Source: an uncultured Synergistaceae bacterium
GTDB taxonomy: Bacteria > Synergistota > Synergistia > Synergistales > 79-D21
Direction of reading: 5' to 3'
NCBI GenBank assembly: GCA_964521575.1
Contig: CAZFSR010000006.1
Span: 74,895-138,894 of the forward strand
DNA: 64,000 nt
Under the pieces are notes generated by a model that had not been told where the DNA came from, did no database searches, and saw nothing but the letters and a program-made list of their open reading frames with translations. Position 1 is the first letter of the stretch; every line of letters starts with the position of its first letter. Positions 9,213 to 18,335 of this stretch are shown here, in pieces. The translations under genes were made by a program, and so were the position numbers.

Positions 9213-10010
9213 GATTTTCCCTCTTAGCCTTTCCCAGTCTTCCGTTGCGACTTCTTCAGCCCTCACGCTCCTGGCGTAACCGAGTTCGCCGATCAGCGGT
9301 TCTGCGCTTTTTCCCCTTGAAGCCAGCCAATCCTTGAGGTTGTTCAACAGCGTCTTCCTTCTCTGGTCGAAGGCTTGCCTTAGGAGTTGCCGCCAGAGTG
9401 AGTCAGAAGCCAGGTCGAAATCACGTTCCAAAATGATCGAGACAACCGTCGAATTTACCTTGGGAGATGGCCTGAATGCGGTTGGGGGGACGTCGAAAAG
9501 GTTTTCAACCTTTCCCATTCTTTGAAGGGTGATGCCAAGAGGTGAGCGGTTCTTCCCCTTTGTGCAAGTCAGCCTTTCTGCGGCCTCTTTCTGGACCATG
9601 ACCGTCATCTGCCTGAGTCCCAGGGGGCAGAGCTCCTCCAACACCTTCCATAACAGGGGTGTCGTAATGTGATACGGAAGGTTGGCGACCAGCTTTTCGG
9701 GACACGGGGCAAGCTTTTCCGCTAGCGACATCTTCAGGACGTCTCCCCATATAAGGACAAGGCGCGGGTCTTTCTCAAGAGGGGAAAGGAAGGGAGCAAG
9801 ACGCCGATCCATTTCAACCGAGAAAAGGATTGACGGGTTCGCGGACAAAAGGCGTTTCGTCAGGACCCCGTTCCCGGCCCCGATCTCGAACAGGATCTCA
9901 CCCGGCTTGATACCGGAAGCTGTGATGATCCGGCCAAGAACCGCCACGTCGATCAGGAAGTTCTGCCCGATATCGGTATTGGCCCTAAAAGAAGACTTCC
10001 CTGAATCCAT
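9207..10010 (-). CDS. rsmA: 16S rRNA (adenine1518/1519-N6)-dimethyltransferase RsmA/KsgA
   Basis: GQNFLID and SAM motif EIGAGNGVLT; NLPYHITTP. The ORF-track start 10109 runs through tRNA-Pro (MGCRWSEVQILSPRP is translated tRNA). Trimmed to ATG 10010, which is preceded by GGAGGG. Confidence 0.9.
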   Translation of the reverse strand: MDSGKSSFRANTDIGQNFLIDVAVLGRIITASGIKPGEILFEIGAGNGVLTKRLLSANPSILFSVEMDRRLAPFLSPLEKDPRLVLIWGDVLKMSLAEKLAPCPEKLVANLPYHITTPLLWKVLEELCPLGLRQMTVMVQKEAAERLTCTKGKNRSPLGITLQRMGKVENLFDVPPTAFRPSPKVNSTVVSIILERDFDLASDSLWRQLLRQAFDQRRKTLLNNLKDWLASRGKSAEPLIGELGYARSVRAEEVATEDWERLRGKIE

Positions 10011-10022
10011 TCCGGTCCCTCC

Positions 10023-10057
10023 AAAAGAAAAAGCGGGAAAACCGAAGTTTTCCCGCT
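10023..10057 (-). terminator. Intrinsic terminator between tRNA-Pro and rsmA
   Basis: On the minus strand: AGCGGGAAAAC-TTCG-GTTTTCCCGCT followed by TTTTTCTTTT. Confidence 0.65.
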
Positions 10058-10064
10058 GAAAGTC

Positions 10065-10142
<78 letters not shown>

Positions 10143-10154
10143 AGAACAGCGTGT

Positions 10155-10183
10155 ATTTTAGGGCCAAATGAAGTGCCGGTCAA
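10155..10183 (-). promoter_or_regulatory. Putative promoter of tRNA-Pro
   Basis: Minus strand TTGACC, 17 nt, TAAAAT, ending about 12 nt upstream of the tRNA 5' end. Confidence 0.55.
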
Positions 10184-10243
10184 GCCGTTTCCCTCGAAAG
10201 CGATAACAGCTAGAATGAAGAAGCGCATCAAGGAGGGAACCCC

Positions 10244-11197
10244 ATGTACGAGTATTTCCGACAGGCTTTTTTGACTTCCCGGCAGTTTTGTTCAGGAACC
10301 GTCGAAACTCTCTTTGAAGCATTCCCTGAAAGGGTAGTGGAAATCGGCTTCGGCAACGGGGATTTCCTTGCTTACCTAACGAAATCCCTTGGCGAACGGA
10401 CCCTGGTCCTCGGCTTGGAGGTTTCAGCCGTTTGTGCCCTAAAAGCCGTCAGGAGGCTTGCTCACCTGGATCCCGGCAATGTCCGAGTCATTCTCGGGGA
10501 TGCGCGCTATGTACTTGAGAACTGCCTTCCAGACGGGAGCATTTCAACCATTTACATGAATTTCCCTTGTCCTTGGCCCAAAAAACGCCATTCATCAAGA
10601 CGGGTAACTCACGGACGTTTTTCCGAAAGCTTGTCGAGGGTCTTGAAAACGGGTGGCGAATTTCGACTCGTGACGGACGAGGAATGGTACGCCATTGAAG
10701 TCAAGGAGGGGTTTTCATCGAACCCCAGTCTTGAATTCGTTTCTTTCGAGATAGATCCCGTTTTGGAATTGACGACGAAATACGCTTCAAAGTGGAAGGC
10801 AATGGGGAAAAGCTCTTACCGCTTGACGATCAGGAAAACTCGGGAGGAACAAAAGACGCATCCCGTAAAAATGGAGGGAAACATGACCATGCATTGCAAG
10901 CTTTCCCTGGCCGAACCGGCCTTATCTAAAAACCAGGCGGAGAGATTGATCGGCAGAAAGGGTTCACAGGGGGCTTTTCACTGGTCTTTCAAATCGATCT
11001 ACTGGTCGTCCGACGGGCATGCCCTTCTAAAAACCATTACCTCCGACGAAGGCTTTGAACAGACCTTTTTCTTCCGGCTTGTCTTCGCCGAAGCTGGCCT
11101 GCTTATCAAGCTCGAAGACGCGGGAGCGCCTTTGCATACCCCCTCGGTACGTCTGGCCATGGATTCGCTCGCGGAATATTTCAAAGAGAAACCGTGA
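10244..11197 (+). CDS. trmB: tRNA (guanine46-N7)-methyltransferase TrmB with a C-terminal extension of about 110 aa
   Basis: EIGFGNGDFLAYL (SAM site) and MNFPCPWPKKRH (TrmB signature); 317 aa against about 210-240 typical. Confidence 0.85.
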   Translation: MYEYFRQAFLTSRQFCSGTVETLFEAFPERVVEIGFGNGDFLAYLTKSLGERTLVLGLEVSAVCALKAVRRLAHLDPGNVRVILGDARYVLENCLPDGSISTIYMNFPCPWPKKRHSSRRVTHGRFSESLSRVLKTGGEFRLVTDEEWYAIEVKEGFSSNPSLEFVSFEIDPVLELTTKYASKWKAMGKSSYRLTIRKTREEQKTHPVKMEGNMTMHCKLSLAEPALSKNQAERLIGRKGSQGAFHWSFKSIYWSSDGHALLKTITSDEGFEQTFFFRLVFAEAGLLIKLEDAGAPLHTPSVRLAMDSLAEYFKEKP

Positions 11198-11280
11198 CTG
11201 GAAAACTGAACGACGAGCGGTTCTGCGGTAAATTTGGAATTCCCGGCCTCCCGCTTCGTTCCTAAGTCCTGAAAGAAGGT

Positions 11281-11805
11281 ATGGCGATGAACCCTGTTCG
11301 CCCCACTTCGAGCAAACTGGTTCAAGCTTTGTTTAATATAATAGGCGCTGTTGACGGAGGCTTGTTCCTGGATCTTTTTTCAGGAACAGGACGGGTCGCG
11401 TTTGAAGCGGCAAACCACGGCTTTGAAACGATCGTCGCGGTCGAGCAGGATCGCAGGGCCTGTTATGAGTTAAAGAATTCCACCAGGTTGAAAAATGCTC
11501 CGTTTGAACTTGAAGTCCTTTGCATGGACGTCAGAAGGGCAATGACCTTTCTGGCCAAGAAAGGCCGGTCTTTTGACGTCATTTTCGCGGATCCACCTTA
11601 TGAAAACGGCTGGGTTGAGGAAATGACCAGGGGAGGGGCTTTCCTTTGGCTTGAACTGCTGAAGACCGGGGGCATTTTCGTGCTGGAACACTCGTCAAGA
11701 GAGAAGATTCCTGCTGGCGAGCAAAACTTCTCTTGGGAAACCCGGCAATACGGGGACAGCTGTCTTTCTTTCTTCAGGAAAGCCAAAAGGAGTGAGGCCA
11801 AATGA
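11281..11805 (+). CDS. rsmD: 16S rRNA (guanine966-N2)-methyltransferase RsmD
   Basis: RPTSSKLVQALFNII, DLFSGTGRVAFEA, FADPPY motifs; conserved rsmD-coaD pair. Confidence 0.88.
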   Translation: MAMNPVRPTSSKLVQALFNIIGAVDGGLFLDLFSGTGRVAFEAANHGFETIVAVEQDRRACYELKNSTRLKNAPFELEVLCMDVRRAMTFLAKKGRSFDVIFADPPYENGWVEEMTRGGAFLWLELLKTGGIFVLEHSSREKIPAGEQNFSWETRQYGDSCLSFFRKAKRSEAK

Positions 11806-12299
11806 TTCGCGCCGTGTATCCCGGTTCCTTCGACCCGATAACGAACGGTCACATTTACATCGCGGAAAGAGCCTCTTCCCTGTTCGACGAACTCTACGTC
11901 GCGGTCCTTCACAACCCCCAAAAGAGAGCCACGTTCAGCGTTGACGAGAGACAGGCGATGGCTCGCGAGGCGACCAGCCACTTGCCGAATGTCCGCATCA
12001 AGTCGTTCGAAGGTCTTCTCGTCGATTTCATGAGAAAAGAGCAAAGCCGGATCATTATCAGAGGCCTTAGGGCCCTTTCGGATTTCGAATATGAATTCCA
12101 GCTCGCCTTGATGAATCGGCAACTCGCCCCGGAAATCGAGACGCTTTTCATTGTCACGGACGCACAGTATTCGTACCTCTCGAGCAGGGCAATCAAGGAA
12201 GTGTTCCACTTCGGCGGTTCTGTCCAGGGAATGGTCCCTCCCGGAGTGTTCAGGAGACTTCGGGAGAGATTCCCCCCCAAAAGCAGCTTCAGGGAATAA
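11802..12299 (+). CDS. coaD: Phosphopantetheine adenylyltransferase
   Basis: AVYPGSFDPITNGHIYI (HxGH-type nucleotidyltransferase); ISSRAIKE; ATGA overlap with rsmD. Confidence 0.93.
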   Translation: MIRAVYPGSFDPITNGHIYIAERASSLFDELYVAVLHNPQKRATFSVDERQAMAREATSHLPNVRIKSFEGLLVDFMRKEQSRIIIRGLRALSDFEYEFQLALMNRQLAPEIETLFIVTDAQYSYLSSRAIKEVFHFGGSVQGMVPPGVFRRLRERFPPKSSFRE

Positions 12300-13500
12300 A
12301 AATGGGAACCGCGCGTTTTTCTGCGTCGGATTTCCAGCCGGGTAAAAGGCTTTCCCAGATTTCCGTCGCTTTCCTCTCGATTGCCATTAGGGATGAAATC
12401 GGTCCTCTCTTGCTCTCGTCGCATCGACTGAGCACAGGCAGGCTTGCTTTTTCCCGCATTTCGGCCAGAAGACCGCGCCCCCTGGCGTTTGCTCCCAACA
12501 CGCGAATGCAGGGGGGGCCAATCCGCTGGTAAGCTCGGTTAGTCCAGTGGTCAAGCCCGATAAGGACATGAACGAGGTGCCGGCAGACTCTTCCGCGAGG
12601 ATATCTTTTCGAGACGCAGCTTGAAATGAAACTTTCAAGGTCCGTTGCGTGGATGATGGCCGATTTCAGGACAGCTTCAAACCCTTCTCCCATTTCCGCC
12701 ATATCCGACAATTCTTCGTGGGTGCAACGTGCTAGGATGATGCGGTAAGCTGACAGAAGCCTCTCGTCATCCGCTGCGCACCGGCCTGAGGCGAGATCCT
12801 TCAGGACCAACTCGTAGCTGGCAGGGGGCATTGCCTCCCGGACTCGGCCAAGGTTCCCCTTTTTCAATTCCTGACGAATCGCGGAAGCGCTTGCATATTC
12901 CCCAATTTCAGAAGAGTGAAAGCCTGAGCCAATTCGGCGCACCGGCAGAACATCAAGTGGAAGGTTATCCCTCCTGACTTCCAGAAGGTAAGCGAGGGCG
13001 AGGTTGTTGTTCGGAGTGGAGAGAGCCGCCTTCGCGCCGGGTATCAAAGCGTCGATTGCATTTGCCCGGGCTTCGACGAACGAAAAACCTTTTTCGAGGG
13101 AGGATTTCAGCTTTTCCTTGAAAGCTGGAGGCTCATGCAATAAAATGTCCAAGATCGCTTCCAGTCCCGGAATTTCCCCTTCCATACCGAAGGAAAGATG
13201 TGTCACGATACCGGACGAAGCGAGGATACGGACAGCTCCTCTTGCGAAAACGCCGGCGTTGTGGCAGGAAAAGGGCACGGGCAGTTCGAGCACCAGGTCG
13301 GCTCCGCACATTAGAGCGCTTCGAGCTCGTGACCATTTGTCCTGGAAAGAAGGTTCGCCCCTTTGAACGAAGTTTGACGACAGGACCACAACGATAGCCC
13401 GGGCCCCGGCGAGTTCCGCGGCCTTCGTGATATGGTAGGCATGTCCGTTGTGGAAAGGGTTGTATTCGGCGATAATGCCGACAATGTTACCTTCAGCCAT
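12289..13500 (-). CDS. tmcAL: tRNA(Met) cytidine acetate ligase TmcAL (YlbM/DUF795 nucleotidyltransferase)
   Basis: GIIAEYNPFHNGHAYH N-terminal HxGH motif and family-length body. ATG 13500 is preceded by GGGAGA at 8 nt (the ORF track starts at 13563). Converges on and overlaps coaD by 11 nt. Confidence 0.8.
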   Translation of the reverse strand: MAEGNIVGIIAEYNPFHNGHAYHITKAAELAGARAIVVVLSSNFVQRGEPSFQDKWSRARSALMCGADLVLELPVPFSCHNAGVFARGAVRILASSGIVTHLSFGMEGEIPGLEAILDILLHEPPAFKEKLKSSLEKGFSFVEARANAIDALIPGAKAALSTPNNNLALAYLLEVRRDNLPLDVLPVRRIGSGFHSSEIGEYASASAIRQELKKGNLGRVREAMPPASYELVLKDLASGRCAADDERLLSAYRIILARCTHEELSDMAEMGEGFEAVLKSAIIHATDLESFISSCVSKRYPRGRVCRHLVHVLIGLDHWTNRAYQRIGPPCIRVLGANARGRGLLAEMREKASLPVLSRCDESKRGPISSLMAIERKATEIWESLLPGWKSDAEKRAVPIFIP

Positions 13501-13577
13501 TTCCGTGTCTCCCATCGAAGAGAAGCTGTTTTTCAGGTTAATCGGGCTCAACCAATCGGTCAAGGGAGGTTTTTTTC

Positions 13578-14777
13578 ATGAAGGTGCTCGTGCTAAATTG
13601 CGGTAGCTCATCCCTCAAGTACCAGCTTTTCGACATGACGAACGAGGACGTGCTCGCGAAGGGGCTTGTGGAGCGTATCGGCATCGAGGGATCCACCATC
13701 AAGCATACGAAAACGGGGCAATCTGCAGTGACCTCCAATGAGGACATTCCCAACCACAAGGTTGCGATACGCCTCGTAACCGAGCACCTCCTCGATCCCT
13801 CCCACGGTGCTCTGGCGAGCCTCAACGAGCTTTCCGCAGTCGGACACAGGGTTGTCCACGGGGGAGAGAAATTTGCGAAGTCCGTCATTATCGACCAGGA
13901 GGTCCTGGATGTTATCGAGGATTGCGTTCCCCTGGCTCCGCTTCACAACCCCGCCAACCTGATGGGCATAAGGGCTGTCCTGGAAGTTCTTCCCGATGTC
14001 CCCCAGGTTGCCGTTTTCGATACTGCCTTTCACCAGACCATGCCCCGCAAGGCCTTCACCTACGGTCTGCCCTATCATTACTACGAGGAGGGGCGTCTCC
14101 GCCGATACGGTTTTCACGGAACCAGCCATTACTATGTAGCCAACCGTGCAGCGGAAATCATTGGGCGTCCCGTTGAAGAATTGAAAATCGTGACCTGCCA
14201 CATGGGTAACGGCAGTTCGATCACGGCTGTGGACGGCGGGAAATCTGTCGATACGAGCCTCGGATTCAGCACGGTCCCAGGCATCCTGATGGGAACGCGC
14301 GCGGGAGACCTTGACCCGGTCATGATCCTTCACCTCATGGAGCAGGAGGGAATAACCCCGAAGGCGATGAGCCACATCCTTCACAAGGAAAGCGGCGTCT
14401 TGGGCATTTCCGGGATCAGCAGCGACCTCAGGGACATAGAGGAAGCGGCTTCCACGGGGAATGAAAGGGCGACGTTGGCGCTTGAAATGCTTTGCTACGG
14501 TGTTCGCAAGTATATCGGAGCCTATGCTGCCGCCATGGGGGGCATCGATGCGGTCGTCTTCACTGCGGGTATTGGTGAAAACAGTGTCCTGGTCCGCCAG
14601 ATGGTCGGAGAAGGGCTTGAATTCCTTGGGGCCAAACTCGATCTTGAGAAAAACAACGTTCGCGGCAAGGAAACGATTGTCAGTTCGGACGATTCCAGGG
14701 TCAAGATCCTGGTCGTTCCGACAAATGAGGAACTCGTGATCGCCCGGGACACGCGTGCCCTCGTAAACGGGCGCTGA
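13578..14777 (+). CDS. ackA: Acetate kinase
   Basis: MKVLVLNCGSSSLKYQLF; VGHRVVHGG; RYGFHGTSH; TAGIGENS. Confidence 0.95.
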   Translation: MKVLVLNCGSSSLKYQLFDMTNEDVLAKGLVERIGIEGSTIKHTKTGQSAVTSNEDIPNHKVAIRLVTEHLLDPSHGALASLNELSAVGHRVVHGGEKFAKSVIIDQEVLDVIEDCVPLAPLHNPANLMGIRAVLEVLPDVPQVAVFDTAFHQTMPRKAFTYGLPYHYYEEGRLRRYGFHGTSHYYVANRAAEIIGRPVEELKIVTCHMGNGSSITAVDGGKSVDTSLGFSTVPGILMGTRAGDLDPVMILHLMEQEGITPKAMSHILHKESGVLGISGISSDLRDIEEAASTGNERATLALEMLCYGVRKYIGAYAAAMGGIDAVVFTAGIGENSVLVRQMVGEGLEFLGAKLDLEKNNVRGKETIVSSDDSRVKILVVPTNEELVIARDTRALVNGR

Positions 14778-14790
14778 GGAGAAAAGGGAA

Positions 14791-15360
14791 GTGCAGGAGA
14801 AACCTCTCCATCCGCCGGTTTGGGACGCAAGGATTCCGGTCGACCCGGGGGAAACGGTTGGTGCTCCGGTACCTTTATCATGGTCTTTGCGGTTGCCCGA
14901 AGCACTGGATTACGCCGGACAAGTCTTCACGTTTCGGGAAAACCTTGAAGTCAGCGCGGAACGGTCTTCGGAGGGACGGAGCTTCTGGGTTGAACTCCGC
15001 CTTTCCTGCAGGGGATCGGCACCGTGTTCGCGTTGTTTGAGGGATACCCCTCTTGAAATTGGCGGCTCTTTCCGGTATTTTTATACTCCGTCTGCAGACG
15101 AGGAGAGGCAAGCCGCCGATGACGAAATGACGGTGTCCTACCCGCCGGAAGCGGCAGAGATAGACCTGTCCGAGCAAATATGGGAAAGTCTCGTCGTTTC
15201 GCTCCCAGAGAAGATCCTTTGCCGGGAAGAATGCGCGGGGTTGTGCCCAATTTGCGGCGCTGATCTGAACAATGGGCCTTGCGGATGCCCCAAGGCCGCA
15301 AATGACCCGAGAATGCAGGCGCTCAGGGACATCTTGCCGGATGTTTCAGAGGATAGTTGA
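14791..15360 (+). CDS. yceD: YceD/DUF177 family protein (large-subunit ribosome biogenesis)
   Basis: CSRCL...CREECAGLCPICGADLN zinc-ribbon pattern; located immediately upstream of rpmF, as is typical. Confidence 0.8.
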   Translation: MQEKPLHPPVWDARIPVDPGETVGAPVPLSWSLRLPEALDYAGQVFTFRENLEVSAERSSEGRSFWVELRLSCRGSAPCSRCLRDTPLEIGGSFRYFYTPSADEERQAADDEMTVSYPPEAAEIDLSEQIWESLVVSLPEKILCREECAGLCPICGADLNNGPCGCPKAANDPRMQALRDILPDVSEDS

Positions 15361-15369
15361 AGGGAGAGG

Positions 15370-15573
15370 ATGACGTTGGCGGTTCCAAAGAGAAGAGTAT
15401 CCCATTCCAGGACGCACAAAAGAAAAGCCCAGTGGCTGGGGGCGCTTTCAGCCCCTTCGGTAGGCACATGCCCGCACTGCGGGGAAACCTTGCAGGCTCA
15501 CCATGCATGCAAGAGCTGCGGCTACTACCGTGGCAGGAAAGTCGTGGAGGTAGCATCCGCAGAGGCAAAGTGA
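15370..15573 (+). CDS. rpmF: 50S ribosomal protein L32 (zinc-ribbon form)
   Basis: AVPKRRVSHSRTHKRKAQW; CPHCG...CKSCG. Confidence 0.93.
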   Translation: MTLAVPKRRVSHSRTHKRKAQWLGALSAPSVGTCPHCGETLQAHHACKSCGYYRGRKVVEVASAEAK

Positions 15574-15587
15574 GCGGAAGTGTGTAA

Positions 15588-15628
15588 AGAAGGGGCGCCC
15601 CTTCCTGGGGCCGCCCCTTCTTTTTTTG
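15588..15628 (+). terminator. Intrinsic terminator after rpmF
   Basis: GC-rich stem of about 14 bp, AGAAGGGGCGCCCC / GGGGCCGCCCCTTCT, followed by TTTTTTT. Confidence 0.85.
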
Positions 15629-15629
15629 C

Positions 15630-15658
15630 TTGACCGAATCCCAGGGCATGAGTATACT
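15630..15658 (+). promoter_or_regulatory. Putative sigma-70-type promoter of the fapR-FASII operon
   Basis: TTGACC (15630-15635), 17 nt, TATACT (15653-15658). Confidence 0.6.
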
Positions 15659-15679
15659 GACAGGGTCATCAAAGGAGTT

Positions 15680-15698
15680 CTTAAGACCAGGTCATAAG
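15680..15698. promoter_or_regulatory. Candidate FapR operator (imperfect palindrome)
   Basis: CTTAAGACC-A-GGTCATAAG, with 8 of 9 arm positions symmetric, lies just downstream of the -10. It has the TTA...ACC-A-GGT...TAA layout I recall for Bacillus FapR boxes. A second GGTCAT half-site sits at 15664-15669. Confidence 0.45.
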
Positions 15699-15714
15699 TC
15701 GGAGGCTTACAGCC

Positions 15715-16284
15715 TTGGAACATGCCCAGAAAAGGACGCGTCAAAGACGTCTCCTCAAGCTCCTCGAAGCCAACCCCCTCATGAATGACGAAGAATTGGC
15801 ACGATCCCTCGCGGTCAGCGTCAGCACGGTCCGCCTGGACCGGGCGCTTCTCAATGTACCGGAACTGCGCGAGCGAATGAGGGAAATGGCGGAAAAGACA
15901 TCCGGCCCACTTTCTGCCATGAAGAGGGGAGCCCTCTTTGGTGAGTTGCTGGGACTGGAGCTCGGACAATGGGGGCTTTCGCTGTTGACTCCCGACAACG
16001 ACATGATCACGGATGACGAGGGAACCATAGGCGGGCACTACCTTTACGCCCAGGCGGCAACGCTTGCCCTGGCCTCTGTCAAAAATGGAATGGCCTGCTG
16101 CATCGAGTCGGCACGGGTCCGGTTCATCAGGCCCGTCTTTCCTCTTGAGCGTTGCATTGCTCGATCCAAGGTCGGCATCCACAAGGATGGCAGGGCTGTG
16201 GTCAGCGTCAGGACGAGGATAAGGGACGAAGATGTCTTTATTGGCCGGTTCATCATCATGGCCGCTTCAAACGAGCAGGACTAG
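15715..16284 (+). CDS. fapR: Fatty acid/phospholipid synthesis transcription factor FapR
   Basis: N-terminal HTH (RQRRLLKLLEANPLMNDEELARSLAVSVSTVRLDRA) plus a C-terminal hot-dog fold; located directly upstream of plsX; TTG start. Confidence 0.85.
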   Translation: MEHAQKRTRQRRLLKLLEANPLMNDEELARSLAVSVSTVRLDRALLNVPELRERMREMAEKTSGPLSAMKRGALFGELLGLELGQWGLSLLTPDNDMITDDEGTIGGHYLYAQAATLALASVKNGMACCIESARVRFIRPVFPLERCIARSKVGIHKDGRAVVSVRTRIRDEDVFIGRFIIMAASNEQD

Positions 16285-16305
16285 AGAGAGCGGGAGGGAA
16301 CCGAA

Positions 16306-17310
16306 TTGCTTATAGCCGTAGACGCGATGGGTGGCGACAACGCTCCGCATGAAATATGCCGCGGAGCCGCCATCGCTTGCAGAAGCTGCCCTGATCTCGA
16401 AATCGCCCTTGTCGGGAAGGAAAAGCCTGTACGAGAACAGTTGGAAGGACAGGATTCCGGTGTAGCCGGTAGAATTCACGTCGTCAATGCCGAAGACGTG
16501 ATCGGCATGGACGAATCTCCCGTTGTCTCGATCCGGAAAAAGAAAGATTCCAGCCTACGCGTCGCCATGGAGATGGTGCACTCGCGGGAGGCTCAAGGCT
16601 GCGTTTCCTGCGGTAACACGGGAGCCATCGTGGCAGGGGGCGTTCTCGTTGTCGGCCGCATCCCCGGCATCGAGAGACCCGGGCTTGGGATGCCACTTCC
16701 AGCCCTGAACAGGACCAGCATGCTGATCGACGTCGGAGCCACGGTGAGGGCCAAGCCCGAAAACCTTTTCCAGTTCGCGCTGATGGGACAGATCTATATG
16801 CGCCACATCTTCGGAGTGAAGGAACCGGAAATAGCCCTTCTTTCCAACGGAGAGGAAGAGATCAAGGGAGACGAAGTGGTGATGGCCGCGCGTGAAATGA
16901 TCAAGAATGCAAACCTGAATTTCAAGGGTTACGTCGAGGGTAAGGATATCCCCTTCGGAACGGCTGATCTCGTTGTCTGCGACGGTTTCACCGGCAATGT
17001 CCTCCTGAAATTCATGGAGGGATTCGGGGAAGCGGTTTACGCCCTTTTGAAGGAAGAAATGGGAAACCGTCTCCTGCCGAAAATGGGCATGGTCTTCATG
17101 CTTCCGATGATCAAGGAACTGTGGACCCGTTTCGATTACGAACGTTACGGGGGTACGCCCCTGCTTGGTGTAAACGGGGCGGTGATCAAAGCACATGGAC
17201 GTTCCAAGGCAACAGCGGTCGCGAATGCGATCCGGGTGGCTCACGATTTTGTCGAGAAAAAGGGAGTCGAGCTTATCAGGGAAGAGTTGCTAGAGGGAGG
17301 AAAACTTTAA
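16306..17310 (+). CDS. plsX: Phosphate acyltransferase PlsX
   Basis: IAVDAMGGDNAP; GNTGA; DGFTGNVLLK. Confidence 0.95.
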   Translation: MLIAVDAMGGDNAPHEICRGAAIACRSCPDLEIALVGKEKPVREQLEGQDSGVAGRIHVVNAEDVIGMDESPVVSIRKKKDSSLRVAMEMVHSREAQGCVSCGNTGAIVAGGVLVVGRIPGIERPGLGMPLPALNRTSMLIDVGATVRAKPENLFQFALMGQIYMRHIFGVKEPEIALLSNGEEEIKGDEVVMAAREMIKNANLNFKGYVEGKDIPFGTADLVVCDGFTGNVLLKFMEGFGEAVYALLKEEMGNRLLPKMGMVFMLPMIKELWTRFDYERYGGTPLLGVNGAVIKAHGRSKATAVANAIRVAHDFVEKKGVELIREELLEGGKL

Positions 17311-18335
17311 TGCCGCTGTTTTCTGGAAGGCCCGTTTTTGTCCTTGGAACGGGAATGCATGTCCCGGAAAGGATCCTGAGCAACAAGGACCTTGAAAAGA
17401 TGGTGGACACGACCGATGAGTGGATCGTCGAACGAACGGGGATCAGGACAAGACACATCGCGGCCCCAGGGGAACTCACGAGCGATCTTGGATATGCCGC
17501 GGGGAAGGCTGCCCTGGAAGCATCGAACATGACCCCCGAGAGACTCGACATGATCCTTGTTGCCACGAACTCGCCCGATACCGTTTTCCCGGGTGTTGCA
17601 GCGAAAATCCAGGGACGGCTCGGAGCGAACCAGGCTGGCGCAGCGGATGTCCAGTCAGGCTGCACCGGATGTGTTTACGCGCTTGCAATGGCCGCTGCGG
17701 GAATTGCTTCGGGGCTATGGGAGAATGTCCTTGTTGTTGGAGCTGAAGTCCTGTCAAGCCTCATCAACTGGCAGGACCGGAACACCTGTGTGCTTTTCGG
17801 TGACGGGGCCGGGGCTGTCGTCCTTTCCTCAAGCCCCGCGCGGGCGGTTGCGCGCATACTGGCATCGGACCTGCGCTCTGACGGTACGCGGCACGACCTG
17901 ATCTGCTTCCCGGGTGGACTAGTCCAGAATCCGGCTTCACCGAAAACACTGGAAGAAAACCTTCACTCGGTCCAGATGAAGGGAAACGAGGTCTTCAAAT
18001 TCGTTAACCAGGCCCTGCCCGGTTTCCTTCACGACAGCTGCAGGAACGCGGGCCTTGATGCGGACTCGATCGACTGGTGGATTTTCCACCAGGCAAACCG
18101 GAGAATTATCGATTCCGTTCTGAAACGGCTTGGTGTTGACCCGGCCAAGGCGATCGTCAACCTCGAAAAATACGGAAACACTTCTGCGGCTTCGGTTTTC
18201 CTGGCATTTCATGAAGCCCTTGCCGACGGACGCCTCGGTCCTTCCCAAAAAATTCTGATCACGAGCTTCGGCTCGGGAATGACTTACGGAGACCTCATTC
18301 TAGAAATGCAAGGAGAAGGCCATGTTCAAGAATAA
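17310..18335 (+). CDS. fabH: 3-oxoacyl-ACP synthase III
   Basis: Active-site region QSGCTGCVYAL, then HQANRRI and GNTSAAS. ATG 17310 overlaps the plsX TAA by 1 nt and follows GAGGGAGG. The ORF-track start 17121 was rejected. Confidence 0.92.
   Translation: MPLFSGRPVFVLGTGMHVPERILSNKDLEKMVDTTDEWIVERTGIRTRHIAAPGELTSDLGYAAGKAALEASNMTPERLDMILVATNSPDTVFPGVAAKIQGRLGANQAGAADVQSGCTGCVYALAMAAAGIASGLWENVLVVGAEVLSSLINWQDRNTCVLFGDGAGAVVLSSSPARAVARILASDLRSDGTRHDLICFPGGLVQNPASPKTLEENLHSVQMKGNEVFKFVNQALPGFLHDSCRNAGLDADSIDWWIFHQANRRIIDSVLKRLGVDPAKAIVNLEKYGNTSAASVFLAFHEALADGRLGPSQKILITSFGSGMTYGDLILEMQGEGHVQE

Noticed and set aside
13608-14384. A 258-aa ORF antisense to ackA. Similar long antisense ORFs occur at 11598-12209, 15448-16182, 16555-17244, 18300-18929, 26692-27291, 28676-29350, 36021-36749, 40018-40617 and 62396-63067.
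   Set aside because: Each is fully embedded opposite a gene with unmistakable catalytic motifs. None shows conserved motifs or a plausible SD. They are treated as stop-codon-poor shadow frames.
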